Source of the DNA: Vicugna vicugna
Taxonomy: Eukaryota
Assembly: GCA_013265495.1 (NCBI GenBank)
Contig: MU058781.1
Coordinates: 1,716,963-1,780,962, forward strand
Direction: 5' to 3'
DNA: 64,000 nt
The notes under the pieces are model-generated. The model searched no databases. It worked only from the letters and a program-made list of their open reading frames with translations, and had not been told where the DNA came from. The position numbers and the translations under genes are program-made. Below, one piece after another: positions 61,401 to 64,000 of the stretch (the first letter of the stretch is position 1; each line of letters opens with the position of its first letter).

Positions 61401-63659
61401 CCCTTCAAAGGAAGAATGAATGCAAACAGTCAATCCCAAAGATGGACTTCAGACTTACAGACACTTGTTTTATCTTGCACGAAGCAAGCACCAATGACAT
61501 CAGTGTTCTTTTCAGAAACGTCTTACAACAGGGACATTTCACTTACTCTTTAAATTGTAAAAAGAAAAAGATTTATGGTATAGTTAACCTAAGTTACAAA
61601 AGGCACACAGCAGCGTCTTAGTGACACTGGCAGGACCTTCAAGGGGCTGACGTATAACCACACCATCGTTTAATGAAGAAACAGGCTTACACAACAGTAA
61701 AGGTAGTGTGCTTGGCACTGGTGAGTTGGAAACAGACTTCAGGCAGTAAATCCCCAATGACTTGTGACAAATGCCATTTCTTTTTGGGAGTCTGAACAGA
61801 GAAAAGACCAAAGGAAAGGAGGTACCGCTTTCCTTGAAAAGACAAAGAACCAAGAACTCTCTAGCCTATGGAGAAAGGGATGTGAAACAGCCTCTCAGGG
61901 CAATTCTGACAACTGAGTATTTTTCTGACAGCCCAAAGCACCCTCCCTTTTAGGCACAACTTCACTGCTGATATTCAAACAGTCATGAAATCTGCATTTC
62001 CAAAAATCAAGAAACTGCTGGCTCCAAGAGAATGGGTCTTGCCTGTAACAATTTAAGGAATGTCTCTGGAACGGGAGCAGAGAAGGTCAAAGCACAGCCA
62101 TCCTCATTCTTCCCACATGCCTTCCCCTGCACAGGCCTCCCAGAGCGGAGAAGAAAGTCAGCTGATCGGGGCTGACCCTTCAGGAAAACTGAAAATGGCC
62201 TGATTGATTCTTGCATTACGAACACCTGCTGATTTCTTCTTTAAAGGCTTGAGTTAATTTTTAATCTAACTCTTCAGTATAGTAGTCAATAAACTTTTTG
62301 ACCCTGCCAAAAAAATAAGGGTCTCCCAAGTTGCCATAATATCTATTAAGCTCAAAGTTTCTATTAACCACATTCTGCTAAGCCTCATAGAAAAACCAAT
62401 ACTCTTGATTATTTAAGTATTGGAAACAAACTCAAATGATGAACTCTCATTATGAAACAAAAATGTGCAAAGCTACCATCAGTCTCTCTGATCAATGTCC
62501 TAATACTGCAGGCATTCCACTCAAAACCAGAGACCACGTCCCTTGTGCATGTTCCCCTATTTACTATACTGGTAAGTAGATTCAGTTTGATATGCACATA
62601 TTTTGTTCATGATCATCTCCGTTTAAAATGACACATTCTCTTGTGTGCCTTGTTTTCTGTATGTATGAAACAGAGCTTTAGGTTTTATATGTTTAATATG
62701 CTTAACTGTGTGTGCATATATAATACATTTATATCTCTATCCATCTATCCTTACAATTCTGAGAAAGAAAACTACATGGGGAAGTCATTCTGATTTTTCC
62801 ATTCTTATCTAAAGTTATGAGAGAAAATGCTATTCTTTCATCATATTTATATGCGAAGAGTATCTTTACACTGGTTCTTGGATAAGGCTACAGGGATTAG
62901 CAGAAAAGGTTGTATTTTTAGAATCAGAAGGTTTATGCCTGGCTTTGTTACCTCTAGTATGTGATCTTGGGTAAATCATTTATCTTCTTTGAAACTCAGT
63001 TTTCTTACCTATAAAGATGATATAGCCAAACAGGATTTTTTTCTCTCTAAAGTCTTTTGAGAGGCTTCAAAAGAGATAATGTGTGTAAAAATGCATTAAA
63101 AAACATTTAACTGATAAATATAAAATATTGCTATACTCGTGTATTCAAGTGAGAACTCAAAGCCAAAAAGACAACAAATATAAGTAAAAATAATTATTCA
63201 GTAAATTCATAAATCACATGAATTATGTGATTATATATATTATATGTTATATCATGAAATGCAAATAAAATTCTAGATTGCATGCACATTTTGATTTCAA
63301 TAAGAACTAATGAAATTACAGGTTTCATTATTTAAGAATGACCTAACCTGGCCCCTTCCACAAATAAAATGATTGTGAAGTGTAAATACAGTTGTAGGCA
63401 TACACACACATTGTCACTTGCTAACAGGTCCCATAGCATATGTGCCTTGGTGAAGCATCCATTAGTGAAACACGTCTAAATTGAATTGTGGTAAATAATT
63501 TTGAACGCACTGAGAGCTTGTTCTTTGAAGGAATCGTACTGTGGATACGCCTGGGAAGCAAGTGTTCATTTCCCCACCCATGCTTTGTGGATCGGAGAGG
63601 GGACAGGAAGAGAAAAGAGCAGCGCGCTGGGAACCAGCAGCACCAGCCTGCACCTAATC

Positions 63660-63960
63660 AGCAGCAGTTGAGCATTTACTGCATGTCAGGTGTTAGCCTC
63701 GGTGCAGGAGAGACATTACTGAGCAATGCAGACAAAAACCTGCCCCCGTGAAGCTTGCATTCAGGTCAGAAGGGCCAAATAAAAATCACATGATTTAATA
63801 AATAAGTAAATTATTAGAAAGTTCCAAGTGCTATGTAAATGAATAACTTGTTAGGTCATAGCGTTATTAAAAAAAAAAAGCAGCATAAGGAGATAAGTAT
63901 GATTATGGCAGGGCAGTTCCCGTTTTCAAGAGCAGGTAAAGTGGGTCTACCTGAGAAGGC
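63660..63960 (-). mobile_element. L2 relic
   Basis: 'ttgagcatttactgcatgtcaggtg', 'ccccgtgaagcttgcattc', 'aagtgctatg'. Confidence 0.6.
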
Positions 63961-63962
63961 AT

Positions 63963-64000
63963 GGGGGGAAGACTGCAGCTCAGGGGTAGAGTGCATGCTT
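63963..64000 (+). mobile_element. 5' part of a tRNA-Ala-derived SINE, cut by the window edge
   Basis: gggggga...gcagctcaggggtagagtgcatgctt. Confidence 0.7.

Larger units (their letters stand above)
44558..64000 (-). other. ELOVL2: ELOVL2 intron 1 (partial)
   Basis: Upstream of the exon 2 acceptor; no CpG-island exon 1 is visible before the window end. Confidence 0.8.

Noticed and set aside
62084..62096. DR1-like AGGTCAAAGCACA (HNF4/PPAR)
   Set aside because: Two mismatches in one half-site; expected by chance in a window this size.
63212..63232. 8-bp inverted repeat aatcacat/atgtgatt
   Set aside because: A short AT-rich stem with no support as an ncRNA.
44558..64000. ELOVL2 exon 1 and its age-associated methylation CpG island
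   Set aside because: No CpG island is visible; it presumably lies beyond the window.
1..64000. A novel multi-gene system or CRISPR-like array
   Set aside because: All credible coding signal is explained by SYCP2L, ELOVL2 and decayed transposons; no regularly spaced repeat array was seen.

Overview
Mammalian genomic DNA, probably from a camelid (inferred from multiple tRNA-Ala-derived Vic-1-like SINEs), containing the 3' ends of two convergent genes. On the + strand are the last seven exons of SYCP2L: six coding exons from 7938 to the TGA stop at 15780-15782, then a non-coding terminal exon from 21087. On the - strand are ELOVL2 exons 2-8 (44557 down to the stop at 28736) and a ~3.1 kb 3'UTR. 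With an ATG supplied by exon 1, which lies beyond the right edge, they form an intact 296-codon ORF with GT-AG junctions throughout. The rest is intronic or intergenic and rich in L1, L2, SINE, MLT LTR and Tigger/Charlie relics. I found no evidence of a new biological system. The most notable details are a duplicated Tigger2-type MITE bracketing in-frame ELOVL2 exon 4, apparent lineage-specific ELOVL2 substitutions, a shifted SYCP2L splice acceptor, an NMD-escaping 3'UTR intron, a SINE with an apparent 3' transduction, a twin-primed L1, and several strong TF-motif candidates. Comparisons to human proteins and repeat consensuses are from memory, not from a search.
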